Shown here: piece by piece, positions 56,189-64,000 of the stretch
Layout: each line of letters begins with the position of its first letter
Numbering within the stretch: the stretch's first letter is position 1
From: Minisyncoccota bacterium
GTDB taxonomy: Bacteria > Patescibacteriota > Minisyncoccia > Phycocordibacterales > JABAAK01
Reading direction: 5' to 3'
Assembly (NCBI GenBank): GCA_965216295.1
Contig: OZ244141.1
Span: 225,819-289,818 of the forward strand
Length of the DNA stretch: 64,000 bases
The notes under the pieces: generated by a model
What the model was told of the DNA's origin: nothing
The model's input: the letters and a program-made list of their open reading frames with translations, nothing else
Database searches by the model: none
Made by a program: the position numbers and the translations under genes

Positions 56189-56265
56189 GTCGGCGTAGCT
56201 CAGTTGGTTAGAGCGTGGGACTCATAAACCCAAGGTCGGTGGTTCAATTCCACCCGTCGACACCA
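56189..56265 (+). tRNA. tRNA-Met(CAU), elongator type (Ile2 not excluded)
   Basis: GTCGGCG/CGTCGAC stem, CTCATAA loop, CCA encoded. Confidence 0.88.
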
Positions 56266-56320
56266 CTTGAATGGCTTTACGATATACTATACTGAAACCG
56301 TTCACAGACGTGTACGGCAT

Positions 56321-56394
56321 GCCACCTTAGCTCAGTTTGGTAGAGCAATGCACTCGTAACGCATAGGTCCGGGGTTCGATTCCCCGAGGTGGCT
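56321..56394 (+). tRNA. tRNA-Thr(CGU)
   Basis: GCCACCT/AGGTGGC stem, CTCGTAA loop. Confidence 0.95.
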
Positions 56395-56406
56395 CAGCAA
56401 ATATAT

Positions 56407-57273
56407 ATGGATACGGAAAAAAGAATACGAGAAATAGAAAAACACATGGCTCATCCTTCGTTTTGGGAGGACAAGGAGACTGCTAAGGAGGTTGTCAAAG
56501 AATACAACGAATTGAAGACAGCGACGGATAGTACCTATGATACCTATCCAGCAGTCATACACATTATTGCAGGAACGGGTGGTGATGACGCAGAAGATTT
56601 TGCGCGCATGCTCGCTGAGATGTATACGAAATATGCAACGCGAAAAAAGTTTACCATTCTTGAGTGTGATAGTAATCGGACGACACAAGGTGGTTACAAA
56701 AACATCACCATGCTCATTGATAATCCAACTGCCTACGACCTACTTAAAAACGAGACAGGAGTACATCGGTTAGTTCGTATCTCACCGTTCAACGCAAAAA
56801 AACAAAGACACACCTCATTTGCACTTGTTGACGTGACACCAAAGATACCACCAATCAAGGAGGTTGCTATCCCAGAAGATGATATAGAAGTGAGTTTTAG
56901 TAACGCAGGAGGTCCTGGCGGTCAAAATGTTAACAAACGAGAAACAGCTGTTCGAGTGACACACATTCCTACAACTGTCTCAGTGCGGGTTAAGTCAGAA
57001 CGTTCGCAAGGGCAAAACAGAGAACGTGCGATGGAGATTTTACGAGGAAAACTTTTCTCTCTCATGCAACGAAAGCGAACAGAGGAGATACGAGATCTCT
57101 CTTCTGAAAAAGGAAAAAGTATTGAATGGGGTAATCAGATTCGTTCATATGTACTCCATCCGTACAAGTTGGTAAAAGATATGCGTGTCAATTATGAGGA
57201 GCGCGATCCTGAGAAAGTATTTGACGGTGATATTGACGGTTTTCTACAAGCACTACGGGGATACTCTGAGTAA
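56407..57273 (+). CDS. prfB: Peptide chain release factor 2, shortened
   Basis: GVHRLVRISPF, GPGGQNVNK, WGNQIRSYV. Upstream of ftsEX. Confidence 0.92.
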   Translation: MDTEKRIREIEKHMAHPSFWEDKETAKEVVKEYNELKTATDSTYDTYPAVIHIIAGTGGDDAEDFARMLAEMYTKYATRKKFTILECDSNRTTQGGYKNITMLIDNPTAYDLLKNETGVHRLVRISPFNAKKQRHTSFALVDVTPKIPPIKEVAIPEDDIEVSFSNAGGPGGQNVNKRETAVRVTHIPTTVSVRVKSERSQGQNRERAMEILRGKLFSLMQRKRTEEIRDLSSEKGKSIEWGNQIRSYVLHPYKLVKDMRVNYEERDPEKVFDGDIDGFLQALRGYSE

Positions 57274-57300
57274 TGATATGGTACACTATGGTTAGTAACC

Positions 57301-58044
57301 ATGGTAAAAACAACAGCAAAGAAAGAAATGAAAAGAGGAGGAGGTGCTAAAAGAGCATCTCAAAATGCCGTACTTCTTGATGACGTTATAAAACACTATG
57401 GCAGCGGTTTAGCGCTTGATGGTATTTCACTGACTGTGCAACCAGGAGAATTTGTGACTCTTGTTGGGCATTCAGGCTCTGGTAAGAGTACTATTTTTAA
57501 ACTTATACTTGGTGATGAGCACACCACTGACGGTACCGTGAGTCGAGATGGCATTGATGTTGCAACCATGAACGATCACGAATTACTTCACCATCGTAGA
57601 AAAACAGGTACTATCTTTCAAAACTTCCGATTGCTTCCCACAAAAACAGTCTATGAAAATATTGCCTTTGCGATGGAAGCGCTTGGGTTTGATGATGAAC
57701 AGGTGGAGTCTGATGTACCGTATGTACTCGAACTGGTTGATTTAAAAGATAAGATTTGGTCATTTCCTGCGGAACTCTCTGGTGGTGAACAGCAACGAGT
57801 CGCTATTGCTCGTGCTATTATTAATCAACCAGAACTTCTGCTTGCTGATGAACCAACAGGAAATCTTGACCCTATTAACACCTATGAGGTCATTAACATT
57901 CTCAAACAGGCAAATAAGTTGGGGACAACGGTACTTCTTGCTACACACGATAGAAGTGTTGTTGAGGAAGTTGGTGGGCGTGTCGTCACGCTTGCAAATG
58001 GTCAAGTGACTCTTGATGATATGCGGGGTAAATATGTCCTGTAA
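57301..58044 (+). CDS. ftsE: Cell division ATPase FtsE
   Basis: GHSGSGKST, FQNFRLL, LSGGEQQR, ADEPTGNLD. Next to ftsX. Confidence 0.93.
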   Translation: MVKTTAKKEMKRGGGAKRASQNAVLLDDVIKHYGSGLALDGISLTVQPGEFVTLVGHSGSGKSTIFKLILGDEHTTDGTVSRDGIDVATMNDHELLHHRRKTGTIFQNFRLLPTKTVYENIAFAMEALGFDDEQVESDVPYVLELVDLKDKIWSFPAELSGGEQQRVAIARAIINQPELLLADEPTGNLDPINTYEVINILKQANKLGTTVLLATHDRSVVEEVGGRVVTLANGQVTLDDMRGKYVL

Positions 58045-58053
58045 ACTGCACAT

Positions 58054-58986
58054 ATGTTCTTTAAACAGATCAAACGAATTTTTTACTTTGGATTAGTGTA
58101 TGTAGTGAGGCGAGCGTTTGTCTCATTCTCTGCTATTTTTGTTATGACGGTGACACTCTTTGTCATCGGTTTTTCTTTTCTCTTCGGACAGATGATTGAC
58201 AATACACTTGATTCTCTTCACGACAAAATTGATATCACTATTTACTTCAAACAAGAGGCAACAGAAAATCAGATAGCAATTTTTAAACAGGAGATACAGC
58301 AGTTACCTGAAGTTGAAGAGGTTGTCTATGTTTCTCAAGTTGCAGCTTTAGAAGAGTATCGACAGCGAAATGCAACAAATATTGAATTACTACGAGGTGT
58401 TGAGATTCTCAACAGTAATGGTATCAATCCTTTTCGTCCACGCATTTCTATTCGTGCCACAGATACTGAATACTTGGAGAGCATAACGAGTATTGCAGAA
58501 AACTCAGATACACTTTCTGATAATCCGAATCTCATTATTGATAAGATTGACTACTACGAAAACAAACAGATTATCGGACGACTTGCATCACTCATTGATA
58601 CGGCAAACTTTTTCTCGCGCACTATTATTGGATTGTTAGTATTAATTGCTTTTGTCATTATCTTCAACATCATTCGTTTGATTATCTACTTGAGTAGAGA
58701 AGAGATTGGAGTGATGCGTCTCATTGGTGCTAATGACTGGTATGTTCGTTCACCGTTTCTTGTCTCTGGTGCACTCTATGGATTTATTGGTGCTATTTTA
58801 GCAATCATTCTCCTCTATCCTATGACAACGTGGTTAGGACCTCGAACAGCAAACTTCTTTGGTAACGATGGTATCTTCTCATACTATGTTTCTGAATTTG
58901 GTTTCTTGACGATTCTCCTCATACTCGTTGGTATTATTGTTGGTATCGTTTCAAGCCTTCTTTCATCACAACGATATCTTGATTAG
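58054..58986 (+). CDS. ftsX: Cell division permease FtsX
   Basis: 4-TM layout, N.IRL.I..REEI.VMRLIGA...VR.PF. Confidence 0.93.
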   Translation: MFFKQIKRIFYFGLVYVVRRAFVSFSAIFVMTVTLFVIGFSFLFGQMIDNTLDSLHDKIDITIYFKQEATENQIAIFKQEIQQLPEVEEVVYVSQVAALEEYRQRNATNIELLRGVEILNSNGINPFRPRISIRATDTEYLESITSIAENSDTLSDNPNLIIDKIDYYENKQIIGRLASLIDTANFFSRTIIGLLVLIAFVIIFNIIRLIIYLSREEIGVMRLIGANDWYVRSPFLVSGALYGFIGAILAIILLYPMTTWLGPRTANFFGNDGIFSYYVSEFGFLTILLILVGIIVGIVSSLLSSQRYLD

Positions 58987-59029
58987 TAGCGGACAAGGAT
59001 GTTTTTGTTGTATGCTTGAGGTATGGTTG

Positions 59030-59100
59030 TGCCGGATCGTCTAATGGCAGGACGTCAGGTTTTGATCCTGAAAATCGGGGTTCGAATCCCTGTCCGGCAA
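59030..59100 (+). tRNA. tRNA-Gln(UUG)
   Basis: TGCCGGA/TCCGGCA stem (U1:A72), tcaggTTTTGATcctga. Confidence 0.95.
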
Positions 59101-59137
59101 CTAGTATTAGGGTGGTTGTGTGGTATACTCTAAATGT

Positions 59138-59314
59138 ATGGGAAAGGTTAATGCGTTTGGTATTCTTTGTTTTTGCTTAGCAATCATTCTCTTTATAGCA
59201 GCATTTATTCTGAATCCACGAGAATTAGTCGTTCCGCTTGCGTGGGATATTCTAGACGGCGTTGTTATATTAGTCCTTTTATACGCTGGATTTTTGTTTT
59301 CGGAAAAGATGTAA
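59138..59314 (+). CDS. Small 2-TM protein
   Basis: 58 aa hydrophobic ORF, TATACT upstream, hairpin ggaggttt/aaacctcc plus T run downstream. Confidence 0.55.
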   Translation: MGKVNAFGILCFCLAIILFIAAFILNPRELVVPLAWDILDGVVILVLLYAGFLFSEKM

Positions 59315-59382
59315 CCCACACTTTTCCACAGAGGAGGTTTTTGAAACCTCCTTTTTTGATTAGTAATGGTACTCTAGAGATG

Positions 59383-59476
59383 GAACGGGGAATGCAAACA
59401 AAAGTTTCTCGTTATAGCTTGAAAACTTAATTATAACAAAAGATTAGAACTGTGTAAGTTCAAATCACTCCGTTCA
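59383..59476 (+). ncRNA. tRNA-like element or degenerate tRNA
   Basis: GAACGGG/TCCGTTC terminal stem, GTTCAAATC T-loop-like motif, CTTGAAA loop, TGgTACTCT just upstream. Confidence 0.3.
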
Positions 59477-59608
59477 TTTTGTTCTTTATTGTTCTTTCAG
59501 AATAAGTGTTGCTTTGAAATTTTTGATTAACACATATTTTTTTACCTTCCCGACAGATATCTCCTCTGATGTACTTCTGTCGGGATTTTTTTGTACAATA
59601 GTAGTGAC

Positions 59609-60451
59609 ATGAAGATACAGAGCAATCGTATACAAAAAACTATATACGCTCTACGAAATTATTATAGTATATGTCAGAGAGAGTTACCGTGGCGAAAGAA
59701 AACAAACAATCCATATCATGTTCTCGTCTCAGAGGTTATGTTGCAACAAACACAAGTTGATAGAGTGATACCAAAGTTTAAAATATTCATTACCACATTT
59801 CCGACTATACAAACACTTGCCAACGCAACACCAGCATCCATTCTTCGTGTTTGGAGTGGTCTTGGGTACAATCGTCGTGCACTAGCATTGGGAAGTGCTG
59901 CTCGTTGTATTGTTTCTGAATACAATGGAAAAATACCAAGAGATCGAAATCTATTACAGAAATTACCTGGCATCGGAACATACACATCAGGTGCGATATG
60001 TGCCTTTGCGTATAATAAAGGGGAAGTGTTCGTTGAAACAAATATACGAACTGTTGTGGCACATCACATATACCCACAACACCGTTGTATTTCTGAAGAG
60101 ATGATACACGATGCAGTGTGTGTGATGCTTTCGTATGCCAAAAAGAAACGTATACAACCAAACACATTCTATTCTGCACTCATGGATTACGGTGCACACT
60201 TAAAAGAAACTGGCATTTCTGTTGCTCACCGTGTTGCAGTCTCTACGAAACAGAAAAAGTTTTCTGGTTCAGTACGACAAGCGCGTGGTCTCATTGTCCG
60301 CACGCTCCTGGAAGAACCACATGGATTATCAAAAAAAGCATTTATCAAAAGAGTGACACACCAAAAACGGACATCCGCTCTATGCGCACTTATGAAAGAT
60401 GGGATAGTGGTGTGTGAGGGAAATACCTATACGCTGACACCAACACTCTAG
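59609..60451 (+). CDS. mutY: A/G-specific adenine glycosylase, short and lacking Fe-S Cys
   Basis: RELPWR, VSEVMLQQTQV, WSGLGYNRRA, LPGIGTYT, ALMDYG. Confidence 0.88.
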   Translation: MKIQSNRIQKTIYALRNYYSICQRELPWRKKTNNPYHVLVSEVMLQQTQVDRVIPKFKIFITTFPTIQTLANATPASILRVWSGLGYNRRALALGSAARCIVSEYNGKIPRDRNLLQKLPGIGTYTSGAICAFAYNKGEVFVETNIRTVVAHHIYPQHRCISEEMIHDAVCVMLSYAKKKRIQPNTFYSALMDYGAHLKETGISVAHRVAVSTKQKKFSGSVRQARGLIVRTLLEEPHGLSKKAFIKRVTHQKRTSALCALMKDGIVVCEGNTYTLTPTL

Positions 60452-62358
60452 GTTACGAAAATAACAGGAATGACGATAGGGCGTTTGGTCGTTTCTGCCA
60501 TCAAAAAGTTTTGTGTGGTACGCATGAGGGTCTTTTTAATTTGTTCAATATTGATTGGGTGAGAGTGTTTAATTTCATCTTCCACTGTCTTTTTAATCAA
60601 TATACGGGCTCGCCCAATGAGATCTTGAGATTCTCGTAGATAAATGAACCCACGAGATATAATATCTGGTGACTTTTTCACCTTTCTTGTTCGTTGATTG
60701 ACCATAACGATAGTGACAAAAATACCGTCTTGTGCTAGTACTTTGCGGTCTCGTATAACAATATCTTGCAAAACACCAACAGCGTTCCCGTCAACAATAG
60801 TGAGTTCTGTTGGCATACTTTGCTTTTGAACCTTCATTGTTGTGCCATCGGCACTAATATCGATAATATGACCGTTATCAGGGAGGACAATATTCTCTTC
60901 AGGCATACCAAGTTCTTTAAGAATATGCGCATGCGCTGTTAACATGTAGTGGTATCCATGTATAGGAATAAAGAATTTTGCATTAATATGTGAGTGAATC
61001 CAACGAAGTTCTTCACGGTTTGCATGACCACTAGAGTGAACATCACTAGTTTGGTAGGTAACCATGTCTGCTCCTTGTCGTGAGAGACGATCTTTCATAT
61101 CCTGCACCAATCGTTCATTTCCAGGAATAACTGATGAAGAAAACACAATAGTATCATTTTTATCAATTTTTAATAACCGGTGAGTTCCTGTTGATGCTCT
61201 ATTGAGTGCTGAGTATTCTTGTCCTTGTGCACCAGTAACAATTGCAACAATTTTGTTCTTTGATACATCAGCCATCTTTTCAATAGGAATGATAGATGCC
61301 ATAGGTACTTTTAAGAGACCCATCTCAGATGCGATGGTGAGGTTGGTAAGCATGCTTCGTCCTTGAACAACAACCTTACGACCATCAGCAATAGCGTCTT
61401 CAATAACACTGATTATTCTTTCAAGCTGTGACGCAAACGATGCAAGAATGATACGCCCATTTGTTTCGTCAATAATCTTTTTTATTGTTTTAATGACAAG
61501 TGCTTCAGAGATAGAGAAACCAGGCCGTTCTGCATTTGTGGAGTCAGCCATAGTGAGAAGTATCTTTCTATCTTTGAACAGTGAAAACTCTTTTTCTTCT
61601 TCAGAATCAACAACACCATTTTCGTGAGTTAGTTTTAAATCTCCAGTAAAGACAACATCTCCAAGGGGTGTTTCAGCAGAAATACCCATAGAGTCAGGAA
61701 TGGTGTGAGTAACCGCAAAGAAGCGCAGTGTGAAACTATCACAAAGCTTTATAACCGATCCTTTTTCAACCTCATGGTATCGCAAGGCATCTTTTGAAGA
61801 AAATTCTTCCTGACGTTTTCTGATAAACTCCATCGTCAATGCACGAGTGTAGATGGTGGGGTAACCAAGTCGTTCTGCAACGATAGCAATACCACCAATG
61901 TGATCTAGGTGTCCATGGGTAATCACTATTCCCTTTATCTTCTCCTTTCGTTCTTCAAGATATTGTATGTTTGGCACAATGTATTCAACACCTGGCATAT
62001 CGCTTTGTGCAAAGGCAAGACCACAGTCAAAAATGAGTATTTCATCTTCATACTCAATGGCATACATGTTTTTCCCTATCTCTGAAACACCGCCAAATAT
62101 GAGAACTCGCAATTCACCTTTCTTCTGTCTTGGAATAGAAAGAGTGCTGATAGGGGTCTGTTGCGTTGTTAATTCACGAGAACCAACGGGTGCTCCTTGT
62201 TTGCGAGGAGGTTTGATATACAAACCACGAGGGACACGCGGCTTTCCTGAATCCAAATCTTTTTTTCTTGGTGAAGAAGATCGGGTTGTTTTTCGTGGAG
62301 ACGTTCGTTCGTTCGTCTCTCTTTTTTGTTTCTGAGAATCATTATCTCTTTTTTCCAT
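60448..62358 (-). CDS. rnj: Ribonuclease J
   Basis: GGVSEIGKNM, THGHLDHIG, HTIPDS, TGD, DSTNA, HSSGH, PIHG. Start uncertain (62358 or 62397). Confidence 0.95.
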   Translation of the reverse strand: MEKRDNDSQKQKRETNERTSPRKTTRSSSPRKKDLDSGKPRVPRGLYIKPPRKQGAPVGSRELTTQQTPISTLSIPRQKKGELRVLIFGGVSEIGKNMYAIEYEDEILIFDCGLAFAQSDMPGVEYIVPNIQYLEERKEKIKGIVITHGHLDHIGGIAIVAERLGYPTIYTRALTMEFIRKRQEEFSSKDALRYHEVEKGSVIKLCDSFTLRFFAVTHTIPDSMGISAETPLGDVVFTGDLKLTHENGVVDSEEEKEFSLFKDRKILLTMADSTNAERPGFSISEALVIKTIKKIIDETNGRIILASFASQLERIISVIEDAIADGRKVVVQGRSMLTNLTIASEMGLLKVPMASIIPIEKMADVSKNKIVAIVTGAQGQEYSALNRASTGTHRLLKIDKNDTIVFSSSVIPGNERLVQDMKDRLSRQGADMVTYQTSDVHSSGHANREELRWIHSHINAKFFIPIHGYHYMLTAHAHILKELGMPEENIVLPDNGHIIDISADGTTMKVQKQSMPTELTIVDGNAVGVLQDIVIRDRKVLAQDGIFVTIVMVNQRTRKVKKSPDIISRGFIYLRESQDLIGRARILIKKTVEDEIKHSHPINIEQIKKTLMRTTQNFLMAETTKRPIVIPVIFVT

Positions 62359-62372
62359 GTGTGTCGTTGTTG

Positions 62373-64000
62373 TTATTCGTTTATAAAAATATTCCAAACA
62401 TTTTCGGTATGTATATACCAGGTATGCACATCCGTAAATCTATCACTCGCTTGCACTACTGTTTTTTTCGGAGTATCACTCACTCTCTCAACACCATTGA
62501 TACCAAACGGTAGTAGGTATACTAAATCAGGTGAAAAGAGGAAAATAGCTGGAGCAAGTCGAACCATTTCTTCCTTGATTTCATTATATATCATTTTTTC
62601 TGTTTTGGTGTCAATGGAGGCACGGAGTTCTTCCAAGAGAGTATTAATGCGTTCATTACCAAAGTGGGCAAGAGCGGCAAGACTTTCAGGGGATGCCGAA
62701 TGCCAAAAATCATACAACGCTTTCGGAGTCGGGGCATTGTATCCGTAGAAGAAGGCATCAAAGTTGCCACCCTTTATTGCTGGAACAATTTCATCAAGTG
62801 GTACTTCCGTTATCGTGGTAGTGATACCAAGATTGCTCCAATCGTTCGTGATGACCTCTGCTACTCGCTGAAATTCTTTGAGATCTGGGATAAGGAGGGT
62901 GAGTTCAAACGGCACATCATCTTTTGTGCGGACCTGTTTCACTGAATCAAATTTCCAACCAATAGTATCAAGCGTGTTAGAGATTTCTTCAAGATTTGCT
63001 AATTGATCATCCTTTGTTTCATCTCCAGGCCACGGGTTTTCAATAGCGCGGGCAAACCCAGCAAAAACACCGTTGATAATTCTCTCTCTATCAACACGTT
63101 CAATCAAAATGCTCCGCAAAAATGGATTATTCAATAGTTTCCCATCTTCTACGTTAAAAGTAATATTAAATAGACGATGGGTGTTCAGACTAAAAACACT
63201 ATGTGGTGTTTCTGATATAAGAAGGAGATCAGTTAACTCAGGGGTTGATGGTCCAGTGATTGCGTTGATGGTGTTTGTATTAAATGCTCCAAGGAGTTTT
63301 GAGACATCATCAAAGAAGTGGAAGACATAGTGAGTAATGAATGGTCCACCAAGTACATAGTCAGGGAAACGTTTCAATCGCAAAGCAATAGGTCGATTAT
63401 CAAGTGTTTGTTCTAATCCATCATATTGAAAGGGGCCTGCACCAATGAAGGCACCTGAGCCACGATAGAGGTTTGTTTCTCCATGAGGTACTTTTTTCCA
63501 GGTTTGGTATGGGAGAACACCAACGGTAAATGCATATGGAAATTCTCGACGGAGTTCAGGAAGGATGACTTGAATATCGTTACCAGAAACCTGTACCGTT
63601 ACATCTTTCCATATAGGGGCAAGAGGGCTTTCTGTTTCTGGATGTTGAATGCGTTCAATGGTTTGAAAAAAATCATCGCCAGTCACGGGTGTTCCATCAT
63701 GGAATAAAGCGTTAGGGTGGAGTGAAAAAAAGTAAGAGAGACCATCATCACTGACTCGCCATTCTGTAGCAAGGTTACCTGAAAAGGTGCCATCGTTGTT
63801 TGGTTTTAAAAGTCCAGCATAGAGAAGGGTTGTGACATCTTGATCCAGTGTGCTTGTTGCCAAGAGTGGATTAAAGGTGGTTGGAATACCAACTACTCCT
63901 TCATGTATTGAACCAGTTGATATTGGTATAGCAACAGAGAGTTTTTCATTTATTTGTGCTAAGACAAAAAAGAAAGATGCAATGAGTGAGAAAGCAAGGA
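62373..64000 (-). CDS. Peptide/nickel-type ABC substrate-binding protein (family 5), 5' end beyond the window
   Basis: Frame stays open to the edge (TM, EGVVG.P..FNPLLA). LA..W.VS.DG..Y.F.L, FHDG.PVT.DD, GAGPF. Confidence 0.88.
   Translation of the reverse strand, partial: LAFSLIASFFFVLAQINEKLSVAIPISTGSIHEGVVGIPTTFNPLLATSTLDQDVTTLLYAGLLKPNNDGTFSGNLATEWRVSDDGLSYFFSLHPNALFHDGTPVTGDDFFQTIERIQHPETESPLAPIWKDVTVQVSGNDIQVILPELRREFPYAFTVGVLPYQTWKKVPHGETNLYRGSGAFIGAGPFQYDGLEQTLDNRPIALRLKRFPDYVLGGPFITHYVFHFFDDVSKLLGAFNTNTINAITGPSTPELTDLLLISETPHSVFSLNTHRLFNITFNVEDGKLLNNPFLRSILIERVDRERIINGVFAGFARAIENPWPGDETKDDQLANLEEISNTLDTIGWKFDSVKQVRTKDDVPFELTLLIPDLKEFQRVAEVITNDWSNLGITTTITEVPLDEIVPAIKGGNFDAFFYGYNAPTPKALYDFWHSASPESLAALAHFGNERINTLLEELRASIDTKTEKMIYNEIKEEMVRLAPAIFLFSPDLVYLLPFGINGVERVSDTPKKTVVQASDRFTDVHTWYIHTENVWNIFINE

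Noticed and set aside
56389-56406. ORF-track GTG start and a programmed frameshift for prfB
   Set aside because: The GTG lies inside tRNA-Thr and no CTT-TGA slip site or upstream ORF exists. ATG 56407 is preferred.

Overview
This window looks like a small-genome Patescibacteria (CPR, Parcubacteria-like) chromosome using the standard code. This is inferred from gene content, minimal proteins and a divergent, unlinked 23S. From start to end: (1) 1-12.6 kb holds eight minus-strand orphan genes, each built as a self-contained cassette with a sigma70 -35/-10 promoter, a Shine-Dalgarno and a terminator. It includes a mosaic tandem duplication and a 23S-5S rRNA locus with no 16S. (2) aspS (no GAD domain), uppP, two membrane proteins and a DEAD-box helicase follow. 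(3) An AT-rich defence island (18.1-32.5 kb) lies between the helicase 3' end and tRNA-Ser. It carries type III R-M, an RloC-like AAA protein, an XRE-IrrE/PIN pair and several nucleases, and its first cassettes are separated by hairpin-embedded copies of the helicase 3' end. (4) comF and a large type IV pilus locus with a pilin array come next. (5) The rest holds ligA, gatCA, tRNAs, a miniaturised RF2, ftsEX, a clusterless MutY, rnj and a partial ABC binding protein. Window-wide patterns are leaderless (-10 only) starts for most core and island genes, an initiator tRNA with A1:U72, and repeated loss of Cys metal-binding motifs. All calls are by eye and no database search was run.
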